From a virus, in IMG/VR virus record IMGVR_UViG_3300048587_000983: DNA of 64,000 nt; one strand, written 5' to 3'. The stretch's first letter is position 1. Every line of letters starts with the position of its first letter. Both the position numbers and the translations under genes were made by a program. Of the stretch, positions 26,901 to 35,484 are shown piece by piece. The notes beneath the pieces are model-generated. The model worked only from the letters and a program-made list of their open reading frames with translations, had not been told where the DNA came from and did not search any database.

Positions 26901-29212
26901 ACAGCGGCGACATCAGCACTGAGCGAGGCGCCGACAGGGGTCCCGATTTTTGAATTGATGGTATCGGCAGTGGATTTGACCGCCGCAATGTCGCCCGCCA
27001 GTGTCGTGACAGGGGTTCCGATTTTGGATTGAATGTCATCCGTGTCAGATTGGATGGAGGCCGTCTCAGCTTTCACAGCTGCGATATCACCAGCAAGCGT
27101 GGAGGCAGGTGAACCGATCTTCGATTGGATATCGTCCGTGTCTGACTGCACGCCTGCAATGTCACCGGCAAGAGTTGAAACCGGCGTCCCAATTTTGGAT
27201 TGAATGTCATTCGTATCTGTCTGGATCGACGCCGTCTCGGCTTTTACAGCTGCGATATCCGCGCTTACCGAGGCGCCGGCTGGCGTTCCAAGCTTTGTCT
27301 GTACCGCTGCAATGTCACCGGCCAGAGTTGTGACCGGCGAACCTATTTTTGACTGAATGTCATCGGTGTCAGCCTGTACGCCTGCGATATCGCCAGCGAG
27401 GGTCGATACGGGCGACCCGATCTTCGCCTGGATGTCATCCGTGTCTGCTTGAAGCGCGTTGTATTGAGAAAGCGCAGTCGCAGACGACTGCCTGGAGCTA
27501 ACCGTTGTATCGAGGTTCGGGAGGTTATCAAGATAACCCGCGCGAGTCGCCGTGAGACGGGAAAGGAGAGTATCGAGTTTCGTTTCAAACTCTTGAACTT
27601 CCGTTGTCCGGACTTGCTGGAATGGGACGGAGTTTTCCGCGTATTCCATGAAGACAACAAGCGGGCGCTCGGGGTCCGTTGAGTTCACAGTGTATGGGTA
27701 TTCATAAGCTCCGACAGCCGTCCTTGTCATAGGGGTTGTTGCCACAACCACTGAGCCGCCAGGGGTCTCGATTCGGATGTTGATCGTGTTGGAGTCCGGA
27801 TCCTCGGGGCTTCCGGCATCATCGTAAAGCCGCCCGAAGAATTTATAGACCTGACTTCCAGAGGTCGGAAGAATGAGAGGCGACTGGACAACCATTGCAA
27901 AGCGCGTGTTGTTTTGAATCGCATCGACCGAGGCCTGCGTGGCCCGGGAGCTGACTGTCGCATCGAGATTCGGCAGATTGTCGAGGTAGCCTGCGCGCGT
28001 AGCCGTGAGGCGGCTCGTAAGGGTTGAGGTATCCGACTTCACGGCTGCAATGTCGACGCTCACCGAGGCGCCCGCCGGGGTGCCTAGTTTTGTCTGGACA
28101 GCTGCGATATCGCCGGAAATCGTGGATACCGGCGAGCCGATTTTAGCCTGGATGTCATCCGTATCAGCCTGCACGGCAGCTATGTCGCCGGCTAGGGTCG
28201 TGACAGGCGTTCCTATTTTGGACTGGATGTCGTTGGTATCGGATTGGATTGATGCCGTTTCCGCTTTAACGGCTGCAATATCAGCACTAACTGAGGCGCC
28301 AGCCGGTGTACCGATCTTCGATTGAATGTCGTCAGTATCGGCCTGCACACCCGCGATGTCGCCAGCGAGAGTCGTGACAGGCGTACCGATCTTCGATTGA
28401 ATGTCGTTTGTATCGGATTGAATCGAGGCAGTCTCTGCTTTGACTGCAGCGATGTCCGCGCTTACCGAAGCCCCAGCGGGAGTGCCTATCTTCGATTGGA
28501 TATCGTCCGTATCGGCCTGAACGCCCGCGATGTCCGACGCCAGTGTGCCCACGGGCGCCCCGATTCTCGCCTGAATGTCGTTGGTGTCAGACTGCACGCC
28601 TGCGATATCACCGGCAAGAGTTGAAACCGGAGTTCCGATTTTTGCCTGGATATCGTTTGTATCTGCCTGGATCGAGGCCGTCTCGGCTTTTATAGCGGCG
28701 ATGTCCACACTCACCGAAGCCCCAGCGGGAGTGCCTATTTTGGATTGTATATCGTTGGTGTCGGCCTGTACGCCTGCGATATCACCGGCAAGAGTTGAAA
28801 CCGGAGTTCCGATTTTAGCCTGAATGTCGTTGGTGTCGGCCTGAACGCTCGCAATGTCACCGGCGATGGTCGAGACCGGCACCCCGAGTCTTGTCAGAAG
28901 AGTGGCCAGATCCTGATCGATGGAGCGGACCTCGATCTCTTCATCATCCCACTCATAGGCGCGGTCTGCTGTTGCAAACCCAACCGTGGTATAGATTTCG
29001 TAGGACACTGAATACTGACCTTCGACTGTCGGGTTCCACCCGCTCCCCGAATAGTGGCCGCTTCCCCTGTGGGTGAGGGTGAACGGCGAGCCCGACACCT
29101 CAGTGCCGGCGGAATTGAAAACCCTGGCACGAACACCTTTCGTGGTATTCCCGTCCCAGAGGGTTTTACAGAGGAGGACGTTGCTATTTACCTCAGCCGT
29201 TCTTCCTGCCAT
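23987..29212 (-). CDS. long segmented coiled-coil fibre (fibritin/whisker-like, 1741 aa)
   Basis: Many heptad repeats with G-T/S-P hinges; two copies of a globular Ig-like domain (..PTSG..Y.F..RLYD..G..E.PDS..). Confidence 0.82.
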   Translation of the reverse strand: MAGRTAEVNSNVLLCKTLWDGNTTKGVRARVFNSAGTEVSGSPFTLTHRGSGHYSGSGWNPTVEGQYSVSYEIYTTVGFATADRAYEWDDEEIEVRSIDQDLATLLTRLGVPVSTIAGDIASVQADTNDIQAKIGTPVSTLAGDIAGVQADTNDIQSKIGTPAGASVSVDIAAIKAETASIQADTNDIQAKIGTPVSTLAGDIAGVQSDTNDIQARIGAPVGTLASDIAGVQADTDDIQSKIGTPAGASVSADIAAVKAETASIQSDTNDIQSKIGTPVTTLAGDIAGVQADTDDIQSKIGTPAGASVSADIAAVKAETASIQSDTNDIQSKIGTPVTTLAGDIAAVQADTDDIQAKIGSPVSTISGDIAAVQTKLGTPAGASVSVDIAAVKSDTSTLTSRLTATRAGYLDNLPNLDATVSSRATQASVDAIQNNTRFAMVVQSPLILPTSGSQVYKFFGRLYDDAGSPEDPDSNTINIRIETPGGSVVVATTPMTRTAVGAYEYPYTVNSTDPERPLVVFMEYAENSVPFQQVRTTEVQEFETKLDTLLSRLTATRAGYLDNLPNLDTTVSSRQSSATALSQYNALQADTDDIQAKIGSPVSTLAGDIAGVQADTDDIQSKIGSPVTTLAGDIAAVQTKLGTPAGASVSADIAAVKAETASIQTDTNDIQSKIGTPVSTLAGDIAGVQSDTDDIQSKIGSPASTLAGDIAAVKAETASIQSDTDDIQSKIGTPVTTLAGDIAAVKSTADTINSKIGTPVGASLSADVAAVKADTAAILDDTGTSGVVLSPAAEAQLVDAVWDELQAGHTAAGSFGKRLDVDVSTRQAESDALTRFNDLTSDIAGVQADTDDIQTKIGTPVSTVSADIAAVKAVADSTAADVTAIKVKTDQLTFTGSNVNANAQVVSDKTDYALSSASRAAVVDEVWDELLSAHTSPGSTGEALGSLTASTPTGIAAAVWDALVAPHNLPNTFGNYVQVIRQSALSTLAELNSPTYGLSQIFGAIGDSELAVIAEVNGNETKIDAIIPYVGSQTALLKSEIDQNQILIEALATQLTAAESSIIGEINVVETKVDAVAAQIGTIQNNTTVRFIVPERLVKPTSGTKTYQFHLRLYDETGHAEAPDSTPTIRIRRLDTGIDIVAGAAMTPDGVKVGAYYYNFSITSGTDEYQALVEATVIENGATRYVPAVTEITEFESDLNSIQAQLTSVQGTVTNTNLAVNSGVYGLAAIKTGQSQIIGEIDANELLLINIKARTDLIPNDPATLASVSAVNATVLTRPDINEIQTRLDLTRDYIVGPDNRNNTAIYDKIDFTPIMKTNDPRLNNLDATISSRSILDAASVWSYGTRELTSFSLPAASVKAIWDHLASQATVNGSLGKRVADMLDAQVSTRATASQVASALAGVAQESTVSSLAGLITSGDNQTQILVNAMQADVSAIQAKTTNLPSDPVSASVVTGGFSAQSIAIANLDLKATGIKSKTDNLPPDPAKETSVLARPTNPVLASDVRLTRLDVAVSTRGTVQAADLAPLATTAQLSSTQTALTSEINQNEAKLNTLQATVNLVKAKTDQITSDPATGSQLSTVEANILSEIDNVCGGGGGGATAAEIWTYPSRTITQDPQSFGPDISDLATKEDVEEITINTAFCRMSTTLNSSDETQEVIVWLEKNGAPFLSASNARIKVKSTEGALLWEANLASPNADGVFAFSMPFVPPAADRSYYIEMLINDGATDISGRSAFITVG
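26560..28890 (-). repeat. intragenic 75-nt/99-nt tandem repeats (25-aa and 33-aa units)
   Basis: DIQAKIGTPVSTLAGDIAGVQADTN and DIQSKIGTPAGASVSVDIAAIKAETASIQADTN units in two main blocks (~28030-28890 and ~26880-27450) plus a short third copy. Confidence 0.9.
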
Positions 29213-29216
29213 TTTT

Positions 29217-29684
29217 TTACCTCAGCCTTATAAGCTCCATTAGAAGCATCGTACCGAATGTCCGGACGGTTTGAGTCAGTCCGCCTTCGAGCTTTAAAAT
29301 ACGCAGCTCGATATAATCGTTCGCATTCAGATCGAGAACAAACGTCCTGGATGCGTCGCCCCCCGGCTCGTTTGCGCTGGCCCGGGAGTTGCCGCCCGCG
29401 CGACTCCGCTCGATCACGCTCGTCCCGTTGAGATAGCAGTGGACTTCAAAGCCGTCATCGTTCGCCGTCGAGTCGAGGTTCACCCCGTAGCTCACGCGAA
29501 CAGTGCAGTCCCGCAGCGCTCTGAACTGGCTGGTCGTGGGCTTGTCAAGGAGCCCGTTTGGATAACTGCCTTGATCCGTCGCAAGAGCGACGATTGCCGT
29601 CGTACCCGCCCCACCAGCAATATTCTGGGCAGCCGCGTTCGAGTATTGAAGATATGCATCAGGTCTACCCTGCCTTGCGCTCAC
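29217..29684 (-). CDS. C1q/TNF-like jelly-roll domain protein
   Basis: ...VRVSYGV...YLNGTSV...VLDLNANDYIEL; GTG start at 29684 overlaps the upstream stop. Confidence 0.68.
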   Translation of the reverse strand: MSARQGRPDAYLQYSNAAAQNIAGGAGTTAIVALATDQGSYPNGLLDKPTTSQFRALRDCTVRVSYGVNLDSTANDDGFEVHCYLNGTSVIERSRAGGNSRASANEPGGDASRTFVLDLNANDYIELRILKLEGGLTQTVRTFGTMLLMELIRLR

Positions 29685-30139
29685 GGTCGCCTCACAAATT
29701 CCATCAGGAAGCAAGATCCCTCTGCCAGGGCTGTAACGTCATCACCACCCTCCAATGACAGCAGGTTCAGCTCCAGATAGTCGTTCACCGCCATATCCAG
29801 ACGGATCGTTCTTTTCACACTGACGGGCTCCAGCGCTGTGTCACGAGCGCTTCGTCCTGAATTACCAAAGGTCAGGGCCGCGCCGTTTTTTAAAATCTGA
29901 ACTTCTGCGCCGCGGTTGTTCGCATCGCCTGTGAGCACGAGACCGTAGCTTACGCGCACACTGCAGGCAACCAGCGTCCGAAAGCGTGCCGTCGTTGGTT
30001 TGTCGAAGAGCCCGTCAGCGAAACTTCCTTCGTCCGTCGCAAAGTTTAGAATGACGTTGGAAGGCCCGGCGGCAGCGGTCTGCGGGGCAGCCATACGGTA
30101 CTGAAGCCAAGCTCGTTCCTGCGCCTGCCCTGCACCCAT
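29681..30139 (-). CDS. C1q/TNF-like jelly-roll domain protein (paralog of 29217..29684)
   Basis: Shares ATD.GS...GL.DKPTT..FR.L..C.VRVSYG and L.M/L..NDY.EL with its neighbour. Confidence 0.68.
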   Translation of the reverse strand: MGAGQAQERAWLQYRMAAPQTAAAGPSNVILNFATDEGSFADGLFDKPTTARFRTLVACSVRVSYGLVLTGDANNRGAEVQILKNGAALTFGNSGRSARDTALEPVSVKRTIRLDMAVNDYLELNLLSLEGGDDVTALAEGSCFLMEFVRRP

Positions 30140-30140
30140 C

Positions 30141-30434
30141 TTACACCACCGGTTTTACACGTTTGGCTATCTCATAAGACTTGTCAGTAAGAGAGCCGGC
30201 CCCCGTGTAGTTGTCTGCGAACCCCTTCAGGGCAGACTGGAGGGCTCGGAGAGCGTTTCTTTCCGTCGCAGCCTCACCGCCTCCCAGAATCTCTTCAATG
30301 TCGGCGTCGAGATACTGTGAAAGAACCTGATCAATACCCTTGATCTCCTGCACAAGATCGTGCGTTCTGAAACAGATCCTTTGCATAAGGTTAATGAGCT
30401 CGTCACGGGTCATCGGCGTTGCAAAAATAGCCAT
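30141..30434 (-). CDS. hypothetical helical protein (97 aa)
   Basis: Coupled to the upstream gene at 30434. Confidence 0.65.
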   Translation of the reverse strand: MAIFATPMTRDELINLMQRICFRTHDLVQEIKGIDQVLSQYLDADIEEILGGGEAATERNALRALQSALKGFADNYTGAGSLTDKSYEIAKRVKPVV

Positions 30435-31192
30435 TAGAGTTCCTTTCCAAAATGATCGGCCACATACTGCTCAATTTCCTTGAGCCTGGCCTTTTGAATA
30501 AGATAGTCGGCGCCTCCGGTGTCCTCGCCCTTCATCACCGCCGCCGCGAGTGCGGTGTCGTTTCCCATGCGGTCGAGGAAACCCTGGCAACCGGCTGTGA
30601 ACACAGCCTCCGGGAGGGCAACAAGGCCCGCGTTGCGCGCCGACGCGGCGAGGTAGGCGCAGATCTCCGAGTCAAACTCCTGCTTCGGTCTAATCGTCCG
30701 CAGGAGCTTCAGCGTCAGTGCAGCCTCCTCAATCTCAAGAGGCTGAACAATCCCGAAATTAACGGGATTGAAGTTGAACGCGTGGCCCACCTTTTCAAAA
30801 ATGTGCCAGTTCTCAAAGGGCTGATTGGTCGTCACCGTAAGCTGCAGAGCGGAGATGAGGTTTCTAAGGTCCTCGTCCGGGTCTATGCCGTGGGATTTTT
30901 GAAGCGTGGTCCAAACCGTCTCAGGCTCCCACTGCCACCACTCTCGTCCGTAGTGCTCGTTAAGGATTCCATATATGCCGAGAACCGTGACGCCGGCTTC
31001 CTTGTCGAACAGGGCTTTCATGGTCACGCCCGAGACGAGTGCTTTTCCTAGCGCCTTGTGCGGGTCCTGAATCGAGTTCACGACGCTTTTGAAGGTTCTC
31101 AGTTTGGAGAGGTCGCGCTTCTTCTCCTCGCTCGCCGATTCGTCAGCGATCTTCTCCATGAAGTCGAGCGTATTCTTGTCAAAGCGTCCCAT
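30434..31192 (-). CDS. hypothetical virion-associated protein (~252 aa)
   Basis: Clean ORF; N-terminal DFMEKIA motif variant. Confidence 0.72.
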   Translation of the reverse strand: MGRFDKNTLDFMEKIADESASEEKKRDLSKLRTFKSVVNSIQDPHKALGKALVSGVTMKALFDKEAGVTVLGIYGILNEHYGREWWQWEPETVWTTLQKSHGIDPDEDLRNLISALQLTVTTNQPFENWHIFEKVGHAFNFNPVNFGIVQPLEIEEAALTLKLLRTIRPKQEFDSEICAYLAASARNAGLVALPEAVFTAGCQGFLDRMGNDTALAAAVMKGEDTGGADYLIQKARLKEIEQYVADHFGKEL

Positions 31193-32258
31193 CACCAAAG
31201 CTCACAATAATTTCTTTTGCGTCCATCGGAAGACTATCGAAGATCGCAACCGGATCCTTCTTCATCTCCTCGGCTATTGTGCGGCCAAAATACTCGGCGA
31301 TCTTGTCGAAGCGGCTTCCGACTATGGAGCGAAGCTCCTCGTGGGTGAGCTCGCGCGAGCTTGCGAGTTTGATCCTGTAACCCGTGTAGGGGTCGGCCTG
31401 CCTGCCAAAGGTCGCAAGAAAAGGATCTGTCAGCGCCCCACCGTAGTAACGGTTGAGCTTTGCTGTCTTATCGAAGGCATGCAGGACCTGGGCGAAGTGC
31501 GAAGGTGTGAGGGAGCGTTTCATACCCGCGATTTTTTCGAGGCGCCCCCGCTGCTCGTTGTTCGATTGAAGCAGGTTCATACGGGCCGCAATATGCGCAT
31601 CCACATGCGGGCTGTAATGGTCGGATGCGTACTTGGCAACCGTGCCTCCCTGCAGCCCCAGACCGAACTCCTGCGAGCGCCTTTGAATCTGGGCGGCGTA
31701 TTTATGCCGAAGGTCCAGCGGTATTTTTTCGTGCTGCGCCTCAAAGAACGCGCATGCAACCTTGAGGTGGTCAGGCGTGGCGAAGGCATACTGCGCCTCG
31801 GTGTAGCTCTCCGCGATATCGCTCACGGCAGCTATCTTTGAGAGATCGGGCTGCACAGTGCTTGCCACCTTGCTCAGCCCCCGGCTCTCGCAGAAGACGT
31901 TGGTGGACGACTCCTGGGCCAGTTTCTCGACGGCCGGCGAGGGTTCAATCCGAAACTTCCGACAGGCCTTTTTCAGATGCCAGGCGGCGATCTTTTGAGC
32001 ACCCTCCGGAAGCTTGTGCGCGTTCATTTGGAAATACTGATTCGACAGCCACGTCGAGTCGTGATCAGAAACCGGGAACTTGTTAAGCTTCGATGCTGTC
32101 TTTGTAATGATCGAAAGAGCAAACGCGCGATCAGGTAGATTCGCGCGTTCCTCGGCCGACATCACGTTGATGTTGGGGCTTTTTGCGGCGAGCTTTCGGA
32201 TTCCCTCGCCGAGGACATCGTCGTGGATATCAAGTACCTGATTGCTGAGCTTAATCAT
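31179..32258 (-). CDS. putative head core/scaffold protein rich in K-x-A
   Basis: 14 K-x-A tripeptides by hand count; N-terminal ERANLPDRAFA...KFPV resembles DUF6582; GGAGA SD. Confidence 0.75.
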   Translation of the reverse strand: MIKLSNQVLDIHDDVLGEGIRKLAAKSPNINVMSAEERANLPDRAFALSIITKTASKLNKFPVSDHDSTWLSNQYFQMNAHKLPEGAQKIAAWHLKKACRKFRIEPSPAVEKLAQESSTNVFCESRGLSKVASTVQPDLSKIAAVSDIAESYTEAQYAFATPDHLKVACAFFEAQHEKIPLDLRHKYAAQIQRRSQEFGLGLQGGTVAKYASDHYSPHVDAHIAARMNLLQSNNEQRGRLEKIAGMKRSLTPSHFAQVLHAFDKTAKLNRYYGGALTDPFLATFGRQADPYTGYRIKLASSRELTHEELRSIVGSRFDKIAEYFGRTIAEEMKKDPVAIFDSLPMDAKEIIVSFGDGTL

Positions 32259-32272
32259 GGCTGTCTCCAGGC

Positions 32273-32890
32273 TTAAATAACAGGTGGAATGGGTGGCAGA
32301 AGATCGAGAAGGTTTGCCGAGCTGGCGTCAGGAACTTCGATAAGTACCTTGATACCGGCGTCAGGAATCTTCACAAGCACCCGGCTTTCGCGGATCAGTT
32401 TTACGGAGAAGTTTCCGTAGACGTCCGTCAGAAGCTCGATATTGCCTGAGGCAATCAACGAGCCACCGGTCTTGCCAGGCACGTTCTTCGGCTGAAAGAA
32501 AACCCGCGTTTGCTGCAGGGGATCGCCGCCAATGTCCACGATGTTTCCACTCACAATACACTGGGGAGGCGCCGTTTCAAAGGATATTGGTGCCGGATCC
32601 ACATCAAAGGCGCCGGAAGTGGTGTCGAACGATGGTCCCGAAAGGACGTAGCGGAGTTCGCCCAAAACATCAAAATCCTCGGCCGAAAAGCGGAGGGCAT
32701 AGTAACCCAGGCCAATCTCAAGCCACTCCCCTTCTTCAAGAGAGCGCTCCGTAAAGGCCTCCTCGCCGTTCTTGCGAAGCTGAAGGGTGACGTCCTCTCG
32801 CGGCACCCCTTCGATCGGCGCGGGGCCATAGGCTCCAGTGTTGAAGAGCTGAAGCGTTATGTCCTTTTGTTTGCCGAAAAATGCTGTCAC
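32273..32890 (-). CDS. virion structural protein (Ig-like plus prealbumin-like domain)
   Basis: GTG start coupled to the 32887 stop; C-terminal domain similar to 22728..23567. Confidence 0.72.
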   Translation of the reverse strand: MTAFFGKQKDITLQLFNTGAYGPAPIEGVPREDVTLQLRKNGEEAFTERSLEEGEWLEIGLGYYALRFSAEDFDVLGELRYVLSGPSFDTTSGAFDVDPAPISFETAPPQCIVSGNIVDIGGDPLQQTRVFFQPKNVPGKTGGSLIASGNIELLTDVYGNFSVKLIRESRVLVKIPDAGIKVLIEVPDASSANLLDLLPPIPPVI

Positions 32891-33336
32891 CAGACTTTCT
32901 CCTCTACGAGTCTTACGAGGAAACCCGCGTAGGCCGTGGAGTCGCCGCCTGTGGCCCGGATAATCTCACCGGGTGCGATCTTTGCCGGGAAGGTCGTCGG
33001 GAAGGTCCTCGTCGGTGTTGTCAGGGCATCAGCCCGGACAAGGGAAAGAGTGACGCCGGCCTTGACGTCAGTCGCCTCGATGATGAACGCTTTTTTGGCT
33101 TTATAGAAAGCCGTAAAGAGCCCGCCTTTGATAAGCTCCGTCCATTCAACAAGACCCGCCGACACCGTCGGGTCCAGGTCGTTGGCGGCTACGAGGGTCG
33201 TTTCTGGAGCTTCCCCCGTGAATCCGGAGCCGTCCATTCGCTGGTAGACCCAGACGGGTGAGGCGGTCAGGACATTGTATCGGGAGCGCGGCCCTATAAA
33301 GGGGACATTGTTATCAGCCTTTGCCGTTACGGGCAT
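32887..33336 (-). CDS. hypothetical beta-rich protein (149 aa)
   Basis: In-operon ORF with coupled stop. Confidence 0.68.
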   Translation of the reverse strand: MPVTAKADNNVPFIGPRSRYNVLTASPVWVYQRMDGSGFTGEAPETTLVAANDLDPTVSAGLVEWTELIKGGLFTAFYKAKKAFIIEATDVKAGVTLSLVRADALTTPTRTFPTTFPAKIAPGEIIRATGGDSTAYAGFLVRLVEEKVW

Positions 33337-33613
33337 CGTCGTCTCTCCTGCGGATCAACGCCTCGATCTCAGCTTCGGCACTATGCTGCTGAGCTTCGGC
33401 ATTGGCATTCTCGATAGGATTTAGAGCTATCGCATTATGCCGAGTTTCTGCGTTTTTGGCACTATGGTCTTTCTGTATTTTACGGAATTTTGAGTATAAA
33501 AGAACCAGCAAAGCGCTGAAAAAGACACCTATCCAAAAACCGGCCGGGCCGCTTTGGGAGGCTGCCCTCAAAAGCTCTTCAGCCAGAAGAGGCGCTGCAT
33601 CTATTGGCGACAT
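33314..33613 (-). CDS. single-TM protein with coiled-coil tail (i-spanin-like topology)
   Basis: FWIGVFFSALLVLLYSKFRK TM segment followed by a charged helix. Confidence 0.55.
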   Translation of the reverse strand: MSPIDAAPLLAEELLRAASQSGPAGFWIGVFFSALLVLLYSKFRKIQKDHSAKNAETRHNAIALNPIENANAEAQQHSAEAEIEALIRRRDDDARNGKG

Positions 33614-34545
33614 TCAAATTCCCCTCTCGGCTGGATCCATTGGCAGACAACGGATCGCCCTTTGACGGTTAAAAGCCTCAGCGTGTGCGTCTGACCCTGG
33701 TCGAGTTTAAAGGAGGCCTTGTTTGAAAGAGTGTAAGCCTCGTCGAAAAGGATGGCGGCAACCGAAGGGTCAGCATCCACGCGAAGCGTCTCGCCGTTGA
33801 ATTCAAGTTTCGGCAAGGGCAGGGGCGTAAAGGCTTTCGAGTAAATCCAGATGTTCCAGCTGACCCGCTTCAGCTCTCCTGGCGAATCAATGAAGCCTTC
33901 GTGGACGCATCTTTTGAGGGGCTCGGGTCCGCTCACGGACCTCGCCGAAACCATGGCCTCCCCATCGTTTATCGGAACGGTGTCGTCATAGGCGTGGCCG
34001 CAGCCTCGAAAGACGGCGCCCACTGAGCCCGATATGCCATCGACGGGTACAAAAAGGTTCGTGTCGGTGCCCTCAGGGACCTTGGAGGACGCAAGGTGGA
34101 AGGGCCTTCCGTCTGAGAGGACTTTTACAAGAAGCTGCCCCTTCATCTCGTAGACAAGAGCAGCACGGTCTATCTCCGAGGGAAAGATGCTTGCCACAGT
34201 GATGTCGATCACGCAGCTTTCCCGCGCAAGCCCATCGAAGGCGATGGGGACGAGTTCGCTGCCCGCATAGCTGATGGATTTTCTAAGATGGCAAAAAGCG
34301 GAGTCCACGCGTATCGTTCCCCCAAAGTAGCCCTGCACTTTGAATTCGATCGACGAGAGGGGAGCCCCCTTTTTCAAAGCGACCTCACCAAGGCCGTGAA
34401 AGAGCTGCCCCTGGGCACGAAACTCGGCAGTGGGATAGTTGGATACGGCGGCCGAAGGGGACGGGTCCGGGTTGGGTTGGTGAACGCATCCCGGACCTCC
34501 CATGAGCAATAGAATGGCCAACGAGATTCTTTTCAAATCAATCAT
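33601..34545 (-). CDS. predicted lipoprotein (314 aa)
   Basis: MIDLKRISLAILLLMGGPG-C signal/lipobox-like sequence, then a Pro-rich linker and a beta-rich body with several Cys. Confidence 0.7.
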   Translation of the reverse strand: MIDLKRISLAILLLMGGPGCVHQPNPDPSPSAAVSNYPTAEFRAQGQLFHGLGEVALKKGAPLSSIEFKVQGYFGGTIRVDSAFCHLRKSISYAGSELVPIAFDGLARESCVIDITVASIFPSEIDRAALVYEMKGQLLVKVLSDGRPFHLASSKVPEGTDTNLFVPVDGISGSVGAVFRGCGHAYDDTVPINDGEAMVSARSVSGPEPLKRCVHEGFIDSPGELKRVSWNIWIYSKAFTPLPLPKLEFNGETLRVDADPSVAAILFDEAYTLSNKASFKLDQGQTHTLRLLTVKGRSVVCQWIQPRGEFECRQ

Positions 34546-34564
34546 AGCGCAGTTCCTCCGAATG

Positions 34565-34591
34565 AAAAAAGCCCCCGCAAAAAGCAGGGGC
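34565..34591 (-). terminator. Rho-independent terminator
   Basis: Minus strand GCCCCTGC-TTTTT-GCGGGGGC followed by TTTTTT. Confidence 0.7.
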
Positions 34592-34623
34592 CCGCGACTG
34601 ACACTATCGACGGTTCCTGGCCG

Positions 34624-34953
34624 TTAGGCCGGATTCGCAACAGGAGTTGCAGGGGTATCTTTTTTGATGACGTCCACGAACTTCGGAATGTAGGCCAGCT
34701 GCACCGTGACGAGCTCGAGAGCTTCATTGACGTCGAGGTCCGAGATCTCTCCCGAGATCGAGCTCCAGCCCTCGTAGGCTGCGGCGAGTTGGGCTTTGAA
34801 AGTCTCATCTTCGCTCAGCTTCTTCCAGATTTGCATGACGTCCTGGAACTGTGCTCCATCGGCAAAAAGCTGCACCATCGTGAGACCCACCTCGTTGATG
34901 GCGATCATGGCATCTTTTGTTTCCTGAATTCCGGCTTTGATGGGTGTGTTCAT
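34624..34953 (-). CDS. hypothetical acidic helical protein (109 aa)
   Basis: AGGAG SD; directly downstream of the holin. Confidence 0.7.
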   Translation of the reverse strand: MNTPIKAGIQETKDAMIAINEVGLTMVQLFADGAQFQDVMQIWKKLSEDETFKAQLAAAYEGWSSISGEISDLDVNEALELVTVQLAYIPKFVDVIKKDTPATPVANPA

Positions 34954-34968
34954 CCAGTATCTCCTATT

Positions 34969-35484
34969 TTAATGGTGGCTCGAAATCGGCAGAGGCTCAG
35001 GTTCAGATGAGGTTTTTTGCTCACCTTTCAATGATTTCAGGCGACTGACGAGCAACGTTGGTACAGCGAAACCCAGGGCCCGCATGTTCTCCATGATGCT
35101 GATAGCCTCGGTCGCTGCCAAAAAAGTGATCATGATCACCGACGCAAAACCCATGGGAAGGGTTTTATCGACGAGCGACGCCGTGGCGATAAGAAGAAGG
35201 TAAACGGTGCATTTGAGCGAAAAGCGGAAAAACCCGTGGCTTGAAAGCTTTCCAAACTTGTATGCTTTGAAAGCGCCCGAGATGGTGTCGATAAAAATAA
35301 GACAGGTGACCGCGGCCAGACCCTGGGTGTTGCCTTGAAAGACCCAGTGAAAGCCAAAAGCGACGGCTGAGAGGGCTGCCTTGACCCCCGCGTGGTCACT
35401 GATTTGCACGAGCACCGTATGAAGCTTTGTAAAGCTGAAGTGGTCAGTGTAGTCGATCTGTGTCGGGTCGCGTCCAGCTGCCAT
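34969..35484 (-). CDS. phage holin (Phage_holin_4_1 / Cph1-like)
   Basis: LIFIDTISGAFKA...TEAISIMENMRALGFAVP signature; three hydrophobic segments; GGAGG SD. Confidence 0.85.
   Translation of the reverse strand: MAAGRDPTQIDYTDHFSFTKLHTVLVQISDHAGVKAALSAVAFGFHWVFQGNTQGLAAVTCLIFIDTISGAFKAYKFGKLSSHGFFRFSLKCTVYLLLIATASLVDKTLPMGFASVIMITFLAATEAISIMENMRALGFAVPTLLVSRLKSLKGEQKTSSEPEPLPISSHH

Noticed and set aside
26560-28890. Regularly spaced DNA repeats as a CRISPR array or DGR template
   Set aside because: The repeats are in frame, vary at synonymous sites and have no unique spacers; no cas or reverse transcriptase gene and no adenine-specific variation were seen.
8127-32268. Identical TGGAGACAGC before the ATGs at 8126 and 32258
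   Set aside because: Mostly Shine-Dalgarno sequence; two copies do not establish a separate regulatory element.
34542-34808. 88-aa ORF overlapping 34624..34953 as a nested o-spanin
   Set aside because: No signal peptide or lipobox, and it runs through the terminator at 34565-34591.
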